This document shows, piece by piece, positions 1-11,400 of a stretch of 64,000 nt of DNA. Where the stretch lies: contig MU626320.1 of NCBI GenBank assembly GCA_025603075.1, positions 1-64,000 on the forward strand, in the 5' to 3' direction. Made by a program: the position numbers and the translations under genes. The stretch comes from Neoconidiobolus thromboides FSU 785. Its lineage: Eukaryota > Fungi > Entomophthoromycota. Numbering within the stretch: position 1 is the first letter of the stretch; each line of letters begins with the position of its first letter. Below the pieces are notes generated by a model. The model was given only the letters and a program-made list of their open reading frames with translations. It did not search any database and was not told the DNA's origin.

Positions 1-69
1 GAAGTTTTTAAAATACAAAATTTTTCAAAAATTGGATAAAATAATGAAACTAATTCAGACAACCCCATA

Positions 70-159
70 TGTATTTTAGTTTCATCACTTTTCCATTTTT
101 AAGCATTATTTGAGCGGAAAAATTATTAGTAAAATTATTAAATCCAAAAATACATCCCC
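70..159 (-). mobile_element. ~97-bp MITE family copy (one end degraded)
   Basis: Reverse complement of the 483-578 copy; ends TACATCCCC. Confidence 0.75.
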
Positions 160-482
160 ATATGTTTTCATTATTATGTAAGACATTGGTAAATAAAGCT
201 AAGTGATAATTATACAAACTTCTATCAAAGTTATCTTAGTTTGATCATTCACTCATTTCCATTCACTGTAATTCCCAGCTTGTAGTGAAAATATATGGAA
301 AAAGTTGTATTGAACTACAACCAAAAAATTATACTTTTATACAAAATAACACAATTTTGATCAAAAGGCTACTACTGATTTGATTAAACACAATGTAAGC
401 ATTTTCAATTCTGTAATTGTTGAGTTTAATCATAGCAATTTTTTATTTTCATATTCAACATTACAAAATTGAAAATACTTAT

Positions 483-578
483 GGGGATGTATTTTTGGGT
501 TTAATAATTTTACTAATAATTTTTCCGCCCAAATAGTGCTTAAAAATGGAAAAGCGATGAAGCCAAAAAAACATCCCC
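483..578 (+). mobile_element. ~97-bp MITE, reference copy
   Basis: TIRs GGGGATGTATTTTT...AAAAAAACATCCCC; direct 4-bp flanks TTAT/TTAT. Confidence 0.9.
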
Positions 579-2357
579 TTATGTTATATTCAATTGAACT
601 AATTGTAATTAGATTTTTGAAGTTGATAGTTTAGAATTTAGCTTATATTTTTCAATATTCATTCTTTTTTCTCAAGCTTCTATTTTTTTTCGAAAACCTT
701 AAAAGAGCAGACAAGATCACAAAGACTTCTTTGTGGAAAACATTTTTAATTCACAATACATAAAAAGTTTTTATCTTTTCATTAGTTTACAGTGGGCCAT
801 TTTGCTCAACTATTTTTTATATAAAAGAAGTTTAAGAATCTAGCTAAATTGTAGAAAGATTTTTTTGATTTAGATCTCAGTTTGCAAAATTCAGATGACT
901 TATTTCAAAAGCAAGTAAGGATTTAGTTTATTAGTATTTACGCTTCCTCTATAACTTTTTCAATATAAGGTTTTTCATGAACTTATATTTTTAAGCAATA
1001 TTGAATTAATGAATTCGCATTCACCAGAGCACATAAACTTAAATTCATAAATCATTACTAAGTTTAAGAAACAGATCCAAACTATTTGCATTTAATTTTA
1101 TAATTCCAATGCATCAAACTTTTTTCAATATTGCTCAAAAAATATATAAGAACTCATGAAAAACTTTAATACAGAATAGATTGAGCTTGGATTTAATCTA
1201 ACTTATGTTTTGGATAGATTTTAATACATTTGTTATAAACCTATAAACGATAATATATATTTATTTTTAGACGTTAACTGTTGATAAATAAGTGTTACTA
1301 ATCAACAGTTCCAAATATCAGATGCTTAAGGAATGGGTTTTAATATGAAAGAATAGTTTTAAATATCCCGGAGTTTAACAAAGAACCATATTTGATAAAA
1401 ACTTTTTATAAAAAAATTATAGCTGGCATGGCGTTTGCTTAAATTTCAAGTATGGTGTTTTATTTTATTTGTCCGCGCCTCAACTTATTGATCAAATCTG
1501 ATATTTAAAAAGGATCAACTTACAAAATTCCTTATTATTGAGTTAAAAATTTCCAAAAAAAACTTGGTATTAGGACTAAGAACCTCTCCTCTAACCTAGT
1601 TATTCTAGAAACTTGAGATTTTTTCTTGTTTTTCATTCTTTTGTTCCTTTCTAAACATTCAAACTTAATATCAGATTAATAACTCCGATTTAGAAACATT
1701 ATTATTATTATATAGTATTATATATATATAAACCTAATTTTAAACCCAAGCTATCAAGCACACAACCTATAAGATCACCTACTTTATAATATTAAATTTC
1801 CATTTTTTTGTAATTAAGCTAAAGGATACGTTTGTCCATTTTTAATAGAATAAAAGGACCGTTGAAAGGGGATCTGGGGACGCGTTATTACAATAAAATA
1901 TTCATTAAGAATTCTTTTAAAATTAAATTGATAATGTCAAGATGGAACTAATATATTAAGTTAAAATCATTTTGATAGATTAAGGATATAGAATAACTAT
2001 AAACAATATATTATGTTTTTTATTAAAATTTATTACTAATATTAGTAATAACAATAAACTATTTAAACATCGACTTTATTAAATGCAAATTTAGAGTACA
2101 GAAATAACAGGTTTAAGCGACAACCAAGATTAGGTAGAAGATAAAGTAGTTTGATTCAGTAACATTTTTATCATTGGCTACAAACTTGAACAACCACACA
2201 ACAAAAAAAAGCATGAAAATTTAGATCTAATGACCTCATAAATTCATTGGACAGAATAGAAATTACAGAAAAAACTATAAATAAGCATCTTCAAGAAGAA
2301 TGACTATTAATTTTTTTATAAAAAGCATCAAAAGATAGTTTTTAATTTTGTTCTATA

Positions 2358-3980
2358 ATGATACAGTCAAATGCTATCGTTAACAGTTATCGTATCAATG
2401 GTCACAAGAGAAAAGCAAGTAGAGAAGTTAGGAACGAAAAATTAGTGAATAGTTACTTACGTAGTGGTCAAACAATGCGTGCTATTATGGATGGTGATTT
2501 GACTAGTTTAAATGAGAATGACATTAAAGATTTAAATGTCTATTTTGGCAACAATAACTCTGGAAATCACCTCGATAAGTTTATATTAAACAATCGTACT
2601 TTAAATCATGTGATGAGCAAAGTATTAACTAAAATTATTCAATCTCCGAGCTTAGGCATCAATTTATTAATATTAAATAGCATCTCTATTGATTTTAATT
2701 CGCTGAATCATATCATTCTTTCCATAGCTAAATCAAAATCACTCAAAAAATTAGTGTTAAAGCAGATTAAGTTCGATAGAAGAATTGTACAGCCCTTTTT
2801 TGAGTCTCTCCAACGAAATAAAGCAAGTCAATTGTCCACCATCCTAATTGAAAACATTAGTTTAGATAAATCCTTTTGTAAAGCATTTGCTACTTATTTT
2901 CCAAAAAACTTAGACTTGAAAGCATTAAGTTTATCCAATTGTTCTATTGATAATGATTCCTTTAAAAGTATTGCCCCAATCTTACATAACAATAATACAA
3001 TCCAAGAATTGAACTTGAGTCATAATTTAATTGGAGCTAACGGAACCGATATATTATATCAGACTCTAATATTCAATCACACTCTTGCTTATTTAAGTTT
3101 AGAGGGTAATAATATTGGACCAAGAGGATGTGAGAGATTAGCTTCCTGTTTAGAACTCAATTCTTCAATAAAATATTTGAATCTTAACTACAATAATATT
3201 GGGGATCTTGGAGTCCGTCATTTGTATTCTGTGTTGAAAGATAACAAAACCCTTCATTGCTTAAAGTTAGCTCAAAATCGATTGAGTGAAGATTCTTGTA
3301 TTCCATTAAAAGCAGCTTTATTAAAGAATCATAATTTAAGCCAACTTGATCTATCTAATAACATGATTAATAGTAATGGAGGTGTCATTCTTTCAGAAGG
3401 ATTAAAAGGCAATCAAGGGATCCAAGAGTTATTGCTAAATAATAATAATCTAGGAAATCAAGGTATAAGTAGTATGTTACAGGCCATGAGTGTTAATAAA
3501 ACATTGCAACATATTGATTTAAAGGATAACAATATACAAGATCCTACCATTTACAGTAATTTAATTAGTAGCTTATTCCACAACCAACAATTAAAAGTGT
3601 TGAACATCAACTATGATTTTGAAGGTTGGGAAAGTATCTATTCGGAAATTCAATCCATTTTAATTAACAACTTTTTATTTTATAAAGAAAAGGTTGCTTC
3701 TGCCCTTGAAATGTTAACCCTTGTACGTTTGTTATTATGTGGTAAAAAGAGTGGAATGGAGTTTAGTAATGAAATTTTGGAGTATATTGCAATTGGAGCA
3801 GATAAGAAAAGGGTATTATCTTCTAAACAATGTCATCAAATCTTGAAGTTTGGGAGGGATAAAACTAAGTTGAATGAAAAAGTGACTAAATTAAATTATT
3901 TAAAGTTTGTTTTTGGGAATGAATTCAATTATTATCCTGTCCCTGTTTGCCACTCCGCTTTAACTTATACTTTTGATTAG
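2358..3980 (+). CDS. RNI-like (NLRC3/ribonuclease-inhibitor-type) leucine-rich repeat protein, 540 aa, intronless
   Basis: About ten 28-aa repeats of the form LxxLxLxxNxIgxxG (e.g. IQELNLSHNLIGANG, LAYLSLEGNNIGPRG, IKYLNLNYNNIGDLG). Confidence 0.9.
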   Translation: MIQSNAIVNSYRINGHKRKASREVRNEKLVNSYLRSGQTMRAIMDGDLTSLNENDIKDLNVYFGNNNSGNHLDKFILNNRTLNHVMSKVLTKIIQSPSLGINLLILNSISIDFNSLNHIILSIAKSKSLKKLVLKQIKFDRRIVQPFFESLQRNKASQLSTILIENISLDKSFCKAFATYFPKNLDLKALSLSNCSIDNDSFKSIAPILHNNNTIQELNLSHNLIGANGTDILYQTLIFNHTLAYLSLEGNNIGPRGCERLASCLELNSSIKYLNLNYNNIGDLGVRHLYSVLKDNKTLHCLKLAQNRLSEDSCIPLKAALLKNHNLSQLDLSNNMINSNGGVILSEGLKGNQGIQELLLNNNNLGNQGISSMLQAMSVNKTLQHIDLKDNNIQDPTIYSNLISSLFHNQQLKVLNINYDFEGWESIYSEIQSILINNFLFYKEKVASALEMLTLVRLLLCGKKSGMEFSNEILEYIAIGADKKRVLSSKQCHQILKFGRDKTKLNEKVTKLNYLKFVFGNEFNYYPVPVCHSALTYTFD

Positions 3981-5022
3981 TTTATATTGAATCTATTTAT
4001 ATTCATCTTTTATCCTTCCTTCATCTTTTATTTTTTTTGTTTAAAAAGTGAATAAAATTTTAGTTTTGATTATTAAAATAAGGGATATTTCTATATTTGG
4101 TAAATTAGGGGACAGAAGTTATTGAGATTGAAACAGTACTTAAAAAGTGATATAATGGTAGTAAGCTTCTAAATTTATAAAAATAATAATAATAACAATA
4201 ATATTATAAAATAATACTATAAAATAATAATAATTAGTTGTAATTTCACCATGTAAAATTAAATTTAAAACCTATTGAATATTGAATAGATGAAGTCAAG
4301 GGTTTAATAGAAATGGTAATTTTAAACAGTTTTTTATTTCCTTCAATTTCTTGAGATCACAATATGCTACAAGTAGTTTATTGACAAAGAAATTATAAGT
4401 TAGTGATAGGGAGGCAGAGGTCAGGGGTATAATTTTTTTATCTAGATCTATTTAAAGGGAGCTGAGATACAATTCAAAAATGATTTCCAGGGCATGGAAT
4501 TTTACATATTGATAAAAAAAGAACACTTGAAGGACCTTTTTGATCCTTAATAAACGGTAGTTCTGTATTGATAAATTTGACAAAAAACAAATGAAAAAAA
4601 GAAAGTCATAAATAATTCAATAAGGGGTTTTAGAGTTGCTTGTATTATTAATACTAAAGTTTAGGTGTCAAAAAGTACAATAAATAACGGATGAACATGA
4701 GTTCTGAAATGAAAATGAAACTGAAGTTAAAAAATTAAAAACTAAGATTACATTTTAGTAAGCTAATAGTAGGTAATATAAATATATATATATTAGAGCT
4801 ATAAAGTTCATACCAATAACTGTAAGGTTATTAATCAATCACTAAAACAACGTTAAAACTTGTTTCACATCCATTAGTATTTAGACTATCTTATAAACAT
4901 GTTAGAGTAAAGCATACATTAGTTAATAACTCATATTGTTCTTTATTGATCTATTCTCAGAAGTCATTAGCTAGCTGTCCTTTTATACTATAGCGGCCAA
5001 TGACTTTGGCAAAGGTTAGCCC

Positions 5023-5027
<5 letters not shown>

Positions 5028-5060
<33 letters not shown>
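5028..5060. repeat. (AAT)11 microsatellite
   Basis: Perfect trinucleotide run. Confidence 0.9.
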
Positions 5061-5064
<4 letters not shown>

Positions 5065-5196
5065 TCTGTTAATCTAAATTGCTTTATTTATTGACTTGAT
5101 ATCTAAAGCTGTCCCCATACAATCAGTTAATTATCATATCTCATAGTTTATTTCTCCCCTATAAAAAATCAATACCTCAAAGCTCACAAAAATAAA

Positions 5197-6926
5197 TTAA
5201 AAAGACATCCTACCATCCTTAGCTTCCAATTTCTCCGTCTCTCCCAATAATAATTGTTTATGAATGGTATTTAAAGCTTGTGGAACACTAGCTTTTGAAA
5301 TAACACCTGAAATATTAATTTCAGAAGAACCTTGAGATATCATTTCTAAATTAGCACGTAAAAAATTCAAAGTTAAAGATAAATAGATAATATAATATAG
5401 TAATGTAAATTAAATTATTTTAAAAAAAAGGATATCTGCCATTGATAAAGCTTTGAAAAAAGCTTTAGCTACTCCAGGTCGTTGTTTCATTTGACCACCA
5501 ATTAAACTAATAATTACTAAATCTTTAAGCACTTGAACCTAAAACAATAATTCAATATTAATATTTTGTAACATTTAAAAAAGAATAAAAAGTACTTACA
5601 AACCCTACTTGATTTAAGTCATCTACAGCCTTTGTCAGCCTTTCTTCGTCTGGTTTAGATAGAGCCATTGATAAATTAACTTCAGATGTAGATACTAAAT
5701 CTGCAATCAATTGGTAATCATTTAGAATTTTAAACACTTTTTTTAAAAAATCAAAGGATCTAGATTTTCGATTGGATTGTACATTTAATACTACTACTTC
5801 TTCTTTAACACAAACAGCGGTTGCTAACCCTAACACTTCATTTTCATTTCCAACTTTTTTTCGTCCAATGGTTGTACCTTTTATTTCTTGATCCTTTCCA
5901 TTGACATTACAAATTCGAATTGTAATCTCTTGTTTACTAGCTATTTCAATAGCCATTGGATGCACTGCTTCGGTGCCATAATAAGTTAATTCATATGCTT
6001 CTTCAATTGTAACAAATGGTAAGATCTTAGATTCTTTGACTATACTTGGATCTGCAGTATAAATCCCATCAATATGTTTCCATACAATCAACTCAGTTGC
6101 CTTTAAGGCAACACTTAAGCATGAGGCTGTAATATCAGAGTATCCACGACCAACCGTATTTAATAGGCCGCAAGGGAAGGGACCCATAAAGCCTATGAAA
6201 AAGGAAAAGTTATAACAATGATCAATTAAAATAATGAACTAACTTACCAGTCAATACCAAAACTTTACAATCTTTAGAAACCTCTTTATTCACTGCTAAT
6301 TTCAGATTTTCAACAACACTATCATAATCTCCATCCTTTAATTCTGTTGCTAATTTTTTGGATAAGTCCAAATATTCTACACTTATGTTATTTTGTTTTA
6401 ATAGTGCTACTATGATTATACAAGCTAATCTTTCACCAATAGATACTATTAAATCTAATGAAGAATGTGATGTCTCTCCTATTACTTGTAAAGCTTCAAG
6501 AAGGAATAATAAACGTTTGTGTTCCTCGACAATTTGTAATAAGGCAGGTTCGAGAATTGTCGAATTGTTTATGACAGATTTTAATTCTTCAATATGTTCC
6601 TCTATGATGGTATTAGCTTCAAGAGTGATAGTATCATTAGTTCTGTTTTCACCAGTGGACATTAATTTTAATAATCTGTATAGTAAAATTATATTAATAA
6701 TTTGTTAAACTTAAATATTATTTTTTATAAATTTTTATTCTATTATTTACCTAGAAGTAATAGCTTTTGTTTTATGTGGTATATTAGAACGTGCACTACA
6801 TACTAAAGCTACTTTATAACCTTTATTTAATTGATTTTGAACGATAGATGGTATATTGAGTAAATAGCAGCCTACACTTATACCACCAAATTTATTAATG
6901 AGCCATGATGAAGTTGAGTTGTCCAT
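5197..6926 (-). CDS. HOM3: Aspartate kinase with C-terminal ACT domains, 5 exons (approx. 6926-6751, 6675-6248, 6192-5600, 5538-5436, 5357-5197)
   Basis: KFGGISVG, SIGERLA, TVGRGYSDITA, WKHIDGIYTADP, EAYELTYYGTEAVHP, STSEVNLS, EMISQGSSEINIS motifs across the spliced exons. Confidence 0.92.
5358..5435 (-). other. U12-type (minor spliceosome) AT-AC intron, 78 nt
   Basis: 5' end G|ATATCCTTTT; branch site ATCTTTAACT ~15 nt before the 3' end TTTTAC|; removal restores LSMA-G-ANLEMISQG. Confidence 0.85.
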
Positions 6927-7064
6927 TTTGTTTTGTTGATACGTATTTTGAGTTTGTATTTGTATTTGAAATTACAATAAGAATCCAAATCAATTTTTGA
7001 GAAAAGATTCTACTTGTCTAATTAAACTTTGATGCTTTATATTTTCATAAGAATAAAGATTCAA

Positions 7065-7071
7065 TGACTCA
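7065..7071. promoter_or_regulatory. Gcn4/CpcA-type element TGACTCA upstream of aspartate kinase
   Basis: ATGACTCAA ~140 bp upstream of the ATG at 6926; amino-acid biosynthesis genes are canonical Gcn4 targets. Confidence 0.5.
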
Positions 7072-7330
7072 ATTTTAGTTGGTTTTAAAACTTTGGCTTA
7101 TCAATTTTAAAATCAAAAAATAAGAATCTAATTTTTATACCTTGAATTTATTATTATTATTGATTAGATAAAGTATTAACAATTTAGTTTATCTTATCTA
7201 ATCGAGCTTCAATATATCACCTGACAACTACCAACTTTATATTCACAAAATAAAATAAAACAAAATTTAACAAAATATAGACCATTATTGAAATAATTTC
7301 CATATAGAATCATCACATAAAAACCTGAAG

Positions 7331-8378
7331 ATGCTCTTAATCACTGGTCCCAGCTGGCCTGAACATTCATTCGAAAAACCAACAGCTTCTTCTTCAATAA
7401 ATCCGATACTTTGTAACCCATTTACAATAGCTGGAAAACCAATTTATTTAGTTCAAAAAGAAAAGAAAAGAAAATCAAAAGAAAACCACTCAGCTATTGA
7501 AAAGTGTAATAAAGATAGCATCATTTCTCATACAGAAGCTACAGCCAATACTGTTTGGGATGGAGTAAGCTTTATTGAACAAGAATATTATTTATTTTAA
7601 GTTTTATTAATATTGTCCTTTATATATAAAAAGTGCATTGTATTATCCAAATATTTAGAATATCAAGTAGAAGAAGGGAACTTATGTTTGAAAAATCTAA
7701 GAATATTGGAATTGGTAATTAATTGTTGAGTTTATTTTAGTTTATTTTATTGATGGCCTCCTTTTTATTCATTCTTTTAACCTATCCTTTTTTAGGGCTC
7801 TGGTCAAGGCATCCTTGGTCTAGCTTGTGCCCATTTACTAGCTAAAGTCGTCTTCTCCGATGTTCAGTTTGCTTTGAATAAATTGAAACTTAATATCAAA
7901 CAAAATGAAATGATTCAAAGTAACATTGAAGCAATAATAGAATTGGATTGGTTAAAAGGGTAAATTTTAGACACAAAAAGTAAAAGTTTGAATGAAGTTG
8001 ATTAATATTGACTTGAGTAGGATTAAAGATAAGAAAGTGGATAATACATTATTAAAAAAATTTGATTTAATAGTTGCTGCAGATGTTATTTGGGTAGATG
8101 AATTGGTCGTACCTTTATGTAGAGTTATTGATGGTAAATCAATTATATTTTATATTTTATATCTTGTATTATTATTATTCTATTTAATAGATTTGCTTTA
8201 TCCTGATGAAAATTCGATGTTATTATGTTATCAACCCCGAGGTAAAAAAGTGGATTTATTATTATTTTCAACTTTAAAACAATTGAATTTGAGTTATGAT
8301 TTAATTGATTTTAAATATCATCATCCATTTTATAAAAAACCAGATATTGTTTTTATCTATAAAATTTATAAATCATAA
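7331..8378 (+). CDS. METTL21/EFM-type protein lysine methyltransferase (Methyltransf_16), 5 exons
   Basis: Spliced motifs TANTVWDG-CIVLSKYLE, ILELGSGQGILG, FSDV, ELDW, FDLIVAADVIW. Confidence 0.85.
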
Positions 8379-8495
8379 AAATAAATATAATATAAACTTC
8401 AAAAACATTTTAAAAAAAATAAAAACTTATACTTTAATCTCTTATATAAACCAAAATTAAAACTCATCTTCATCACAATCCTCCTATCTTTCACT

Positions 8496-11400
8496 CTAAA
8501 GATATCCATAAGCTAAGGCAGAAGGCGATACTTCAATACCTGAGTTACTATCTTCTTTTTCCATTTTAATATCTTTGTTATTTTCTTCATTCTTATTATC
8601 ACTACTTTCTATATTTAATTCTGGCACTTCAATTTCTTTGTTTTCTTCCAACTTAAATTCTTGGATATTATCTACTTCTTTTTTATCAATCACGATCTCT
8701 GGCATAACTTCTTTGGCAGGAACTGGATCCACAATAATTTCAGGTTTAATCTCACTTTCATTACTCTCTTTTGGAACTTCTTCTACTTTTGCTAATGGGG
8801 GTGTATTCTTTTTTGGAAACAGTTGTTCCACTGCGATTGGTAACGATTCCATAATTAAATTCCAAGTATGAGTTGACATCTTTTGTCTTTTATCTTCTAA
8901 TCCTTCTATCATTTCTACTTTCTTTCCGTCTTCTCTCTCAATACCACTAGGTGGTAATAATAAATTTGTTGACATTAAGACTAATAATAAATTTTTTAGA
9001 TTTTCCATTATAGCTTCTAAATACAATGACTCATTTTCTGGATGTTTAACTAATCTTAATAGAAAATCAATGACTTGCATCCACAAAGGTGTGAAATTTG
9101 TATACATCTCATTAGTCAACTCACTGTTATTCTCCCCATTCTCTCCATTCTCATTCTTCAATAAACAAGTACTAATGAAATGTAAAAACAAAGAAGCAAT
9201 CAATGAAGTCACTCTACTTCTTCTATCTTCCACTGATTCATCCCCATCATATAATTTTCTCTTTACATTAACTTCTAAACTTTTTTCAGCTAATGGAAAT
9301 AATACTCTTTCAAATATAGGTTCCCATTCCTTAATTGTATGGTGATATTCACTACTAAACAATTCTTGACTCATTATTGATCTTTTTAACAAATAAAAGG
9401 ATTGATTTCTAATTTCTTTACGTCGGTGGTTACTTAGTGTACTTAATCCTATTAATGGAGGTAAAAAATAGCGATTATCTAAGTTTGTTGTTCCTTTTTC
9501 TTGTGGATTACATCTAACTACTAAAGTTGCTAAATCTTGTATAGCTAATAAACTACGTTCAATTATAGGTTGTATATTATCTCCACTGGATAATACAAAG
9601 CGATCTGGGTTGGAAAACTCAACTAATAAATTGACTAACACTAAGAAATCAGTATGTTGAATTTGTACGAATTTCATAGTTAATGCCAAGTTTCTCAATA
9701 AATTAAACGATTCTTTAATTAATAAAGTATCATCTTGATTCACTGTTACTTGTAATACTTGCAAACATGTTGTCCAATAAGTAGTATTTCTATTATTTAG
9801 TATTAATACATGAACTATGACTATTATTATATTAACACTTACTTAAATACATCCATATTGGCTAAAGATATAAATTTAAATGCAGCTAGCAATGGATGAG
9901 CTGCGATTTCAATAACAGTAGGTGACAAAGAAGCAATGATTTCTAGTATTTTAATACAACATGAATCATCATAATGAATCTAAAAGAATAAACAATTATT
10001 AATAAATACATTATTGTCATCTCATAATTATAAAATACTTACTGTTGAATCCAATCTAAAGAAATGAACTAATATTAATAATATTTCAATAACCGCTCTT
10101 TTAATTAAATAAGGATGATAAAAATCTGCGTGATAAAAGATATCACCTAAGAAGGAGATAACCAATGACCAATAGTTATTGGAATCTTCTCTTAAAGCTG
10201 TAGCATGAACAATCCAATGAAAGAAAAAGGCTGTGGATGGGAAATATTTGTCCACTCTTTTTGAATTATTATTATTATTATTATTAGTTTTTATTGAATT
10301 TATTGAATTTGGTGTATCTGGTCGATGATGTATCATTGAAGCTGCTGTAGAAGTTAGAGTAGATAATTCATTATCTACTTCTCTCTCCATGTCTTCTTTA
10401 TTATTGTTAATAACTAATTCTTCATTACTTCCCTCTTCAGTAACAGCATGTTGAACTTTAACAACAATCATAATCCTCTTTAATACAGTTTCAAAATTAT
10501 CTTCATCAATTTTAGTTAAAATATCTAAAGCATCTTCAAAATTACAAATTGGTACTATTTTTTTAACAGATTCTAAATGAGAAAATAATACTTGTGGCGA
10601 TAAATCCCAAATTAGATCAGGATATTGATTGGAATAACCTAAATAAGATGATAAAGTTGAAAATAATCCATTATTACCTTCTGTTAATATAATATCTGAT
10701 TTTTTATCTTCATTATTATTATAATGTTCATTAAAATAACTATTATTATTATGTTGATTACTGTTGTTATCAGATAAAGATGAATTCAATTGTCTTCTAT
10801 TCAAATTTCTTAATTGCGAATTTAATTGAGGTTTAAATGGAATTTGAGTAAAACTATTAGTAAATTCATCCTTAATTTCTAAATCAGGTATTTTGATTGT
10901 ATTCGTTGATAACAAAAAGGAATCAATAAAATTTCTTATAATATCTAACATATCCCACCAGCCATTGAATAAAGACTTTGGCATTTCATTAAATATATTC
11001 ATTAAAAATATAGTAATTATTTGTGATTTATAAGATTGTCCTAGAGATAAACTTAAATCGGACAATATTTGATTGTCTACTTGTTGTATTCGATTGGTTG
11101 ATAATGCCCTTGGTTGACTTGCAATATCTTCATTTTCTATTGATTTGTCTAATCCAATTGTTGGGTCATGATGTGCATAAATTGATCCTGTTAACATAAT
11201 CATTCTTCTTATAACATAATCAGTTACTTCACTCGATTTGTAATGATTACTTAATAATAATATTATATATAAACCTTGTAAACTATCTTGTAATATTAAA
11301 TCACTAGTACTATTTGTCAATGCTAAGATAAAAAAATTAATTATTAGTGAATAATAAATAAATATAACTTACATTGAATATAAAATTCTACTAAAATATT

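Noticed and set aside
6358-9345. Antisense ORFs 6358+, 8575+, 9070+ (also 20751, 29888, 29975, 30119, 30368, 31006, 34162, 45214, 48516, 49059, 50801, 57059, 58099)
   Set aside because: Shadow or alternate-frame ORFs overlapping well-supported genes.
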